Part shown: positions 61,530 to 64,000 of the stretch, one piece after another | Layout of the letters: every line of letters starts with the position of its first letter | Numbering within the stretch: position 1 is the stretch's first letter | Assembly: GCF_009834535.1 (NCBI RefSeq) | Contig: NC_045696.1 | Location: 21,950,001 to 22,014,000, forward strand | DNA: 64,000 bases | Origin: Camelus ferus | Taxonomy: Eukaryota | Direction: 5' to 3' | The notes under the pieces: generated by a model | What the model was told of the DNA's origin: nothing | The model's input: only the letters and a program-made list of their open reading frames with translations | Databases searched by the model: none | Position numbers and translations under genes: made by a program

Positions 61530-61965
61530 GTTAAAAATAAAGTAGGTTAGAAAGAATATATACTGTTATAAATTTACATAAATATACAAATGAGAGTATA
61601 TATGTGAAAGGATATTATAACTGCATTTAAGTCAAAACATATAAAAATGTATGTGATGGTATTTTATATGTATGCTTTACATGTAAACGCTAAGTGGTTG
61701 GATTGTGAATGACTTTTATTTTCTTTTTAATTCTTTAGTTTTGTTTTAAAAGATTTTAAAAGAGCATACAGAATTTTAATAATCAGAAAAGTAATTAATA
61801 AAAATTTCCTATAATAAAATCATTCCTTAGTGGGATAAAAAATGAGATTACCTTTTAATTTGAATATTACATTCCACTTGCTATGTATCTGTTTAGGCTT
61901 AAAAGTTGAGACACTTTATATTGTTTATGCCACAAAGCCCACAATCCTTCTCAACTAAACTTTTT

Positions 61966-62975
61966 AAAATTTTATTTTTCATTGAAGTGTATTTGATTTA
62001 CAGTGTTAAGCACAGGGATACAGCAAAGTGATTCAGTTATACATACATATATATATATATACACACACACACATATATTTTCAGATTCTTTTCTATTATA
62101 GCTTACCACAAGAAACTGAATATAGTTCGCTGTGCTATACAGTAGGTCCTTGTTATTTATCTATTTTATATATAGTAGTGTGTGTCTATTAATCCCAAAC
62201 TCCCAATTTATCCCTCTTCCACCTTCCTCCATTGGTAACCATAGTTTGTTTTCTATGGCTGTGAGTCTATTTATGGTTTGTAAATAAAATTTGTATTTTT
62301 TTTTAGATTCCACAGTATAAGTGGTATCATATGATATTTGTCTTTCTCTGTCTGACTTACTTCACTTAATATTGATAATTCTCTAGGTCCATCCATATTG
62401 CTACAAATGGCATTATTTCATTCTTTTTTTATAGCTGAGTAATATTCTATTGTATATATATATATATATATATACCACATCTTTTTTATCCATTCACCTG
62501 TCAATGGACATTTAGTTTGTTTCCATGTCTTTGCTATTGTAAATAGTGCTGCTATAAATATTGGGGTGTATGTGTCTTTTCAAATTAGTTTTCTCCAGAT
62601 ACATGCCCAGGAGTGTGATTGCTGGATCATATAGTAACTCCACTTTTAGTTTTTTAAGGAACCTCCACACTGTTCTCTATAGTGGCTGCACCAATTTACA
62701 TTCCCACCAACAGTGTGGTGGGTTCCTTTTTCTCCACATCCTCTCCAGAAATATTATTTGTAGACTTTTTAACAACAGCCATTCCAACTGGTGTGAGGTG
62801 ACACCTCACTGTAGTTTTCACTTGCATTTCTCTAATAATGAGTGATATTGAGCATCCTTTCATGTGCCTGTTGGTCATCTGGATGTCTTCTTTGGAGAAA
62901 TGCTTATTTAGTTCTGCCCGTTTTTGGATTGGGATGTTTGAGGGTTTTTTGATATTAAGCTGTATGAGCTGTTTG
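61966..62975 (-). mobile_element. L1 3' end (cetartiodactyl type), 5'-truncated
   Basis: Minus ORF 62696-62878 is the ORF2 C-terminus ([26 protein letters not shown]), followed by 3'UTR with (TA)n(CA)n. TSD tcaactaaacttttt (61951-61965) / tcaactaaatgtttt (62976-62990). Confidence 0.93.
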
Positions 62976-64000
62976 TCAACTAAATGTTTTGCTTTTTTTT
63001 TTAATAAATCTTCATTTATGGAAACCCATATGGATACTTATAAAGAAAACTTTATAAATACCTGTAAGACAAATGAGATTTTCAGTGAAAGATCTGGTAA
63101 TCTGAGTAGCCTAGATTGGATGATCCTCACCACTCACAAAGCAATTCAGAAACACAGCTCTTCTTGTAGGGAGTAAACACTGCCAGTAAGCACTCACATA
63201 CTTTCAATAAACGTGAGTTTGGGGGAAAAAAATGGTGTGTTTCATATCACGTATTAGAGACTAAAGAGGTGAATTCCTGATTTGTTTCTCCCTCTGATGT
63301 GATATGGAACTACTGAAAAGTCTTTCTAAAGTAGACAGTGAAAAGTACCTTCATATCCAGCCAGGGAGGTATGCCATTGTTAAATATTCAGAATTAGAAA
63401 AAAAAATCTCTACAAAAACAATAATAAAAGCCCCAAAATAAATACTTGGACCGGTATCACATCTGTTCTTATAACTTGGCTTTTATACATTTTTATTTAA
63501 TTTTTCTTTTTTCGTGGTTCTAATGCTGGTAAACAATAGAACCATTATGTGATATTTTATTAATCCTCCACTCTTTTAGCCTTTCCTAATATTCCTCTAC
63601 TCAATATTTTAAAAATACATTACAAATAGGTAAGTTGCTTAGCTACAGTGAGGGAAAGCCACATACTAAGTCTCTAGCCCTGAATTACGTCCGCAAGTCT
63701 CTATCTACCCATCACATGTGCTTTTCTCAGACTCCCAGCATTGTGTAGATATAATTTTGTAAATGCTTGATTTATCATTTTCCTTCCTCTTCCCTGGAGC
63801 TCAGTTGACTGTTATTTCTGTTGGCTCCTCTAGGTGCCTTGAGACAACTGACATTTGTAGACTTAACCTGAGCCCCACAAGTTACAAGAGCTTAGAGACT
63901 TCAGCTGTCACTTTTGTTTCCATGGAAACTCAAATCAGATTGCCAAAAAATGAGGTTAGTCACTTAAAAATCATACTGTTTAAAAAAAAAAAAAATACTG

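Larger units (their letters stand above)
59060..61790 (+). mobile_element. Ancient L1ME-like ORF2 end/3'UTR, host to two younger L1 insertions
   Basis: Degenerate ORF2-end motifs (aaaaggcaaacaa..aagggttaatatc, aaaaagtgggcaaa, gggtgaagatgtagggaaatg) at 59060-59955, resuming at ~61550-61790. Confidence 0.65.

Noticed and set aside
1..64000. A prokaryote-style novel system (CRISPR array, operon, defence locus)
   Set aside because: The sequence is mammalian repeat-rich DNA. I saw no regularly spaced repeat-spacer array, and the longest supplied ORF is only 143 aa.

Overview
AT-rich mammalian genomic DNA, most likely camelid (camel/llama/alpaca). The basis is a tRNA-derived SINE at 36868-36979 that I recognise as Vic-1 type, cetartiodactyl-type L1 3' ends, and no Alu, B1, Bov-A, PRE-1 or Can-SINE that I could see. 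I cannot support any cellular protein-coding exon, RNA gene or CpG island. The supplied ORFs are chance ORFs or decayed transposon sequence; those at 27126-27395, 60663-61191 and 62696-62878 are L1 ORF2 remnants. The window looks like a large intron or an intergenic region. Much of it is interspersed repeats: L1 of several ages, L2, MIR, MaLR/ERVL/ERV1 LTRs, a decayed ERVL internal region with recognisable reverse-transcriptase residues, and two hAT-Tip100 elements with intact ends. I found no evidence of a new biological system. The best second-look items are: (i) a 240-bp TSD-flanked chimera of a young and an ancient L1 3' end; (ii) a scrambled L1 with two deletions and an inversion; (iii) a ~21-nt retro-insertion whose TSD copies differ by reciprocal CpG decay; (iv) a dense CAGCTG E-box cluster; (v) a recursive-splice-like site plus several non-coding exon candidates. 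Repeat family names come from remembered consensus sequences, and boundaries without TSDs are approximate. Both need RepeatMasker/Dfam confirmation.
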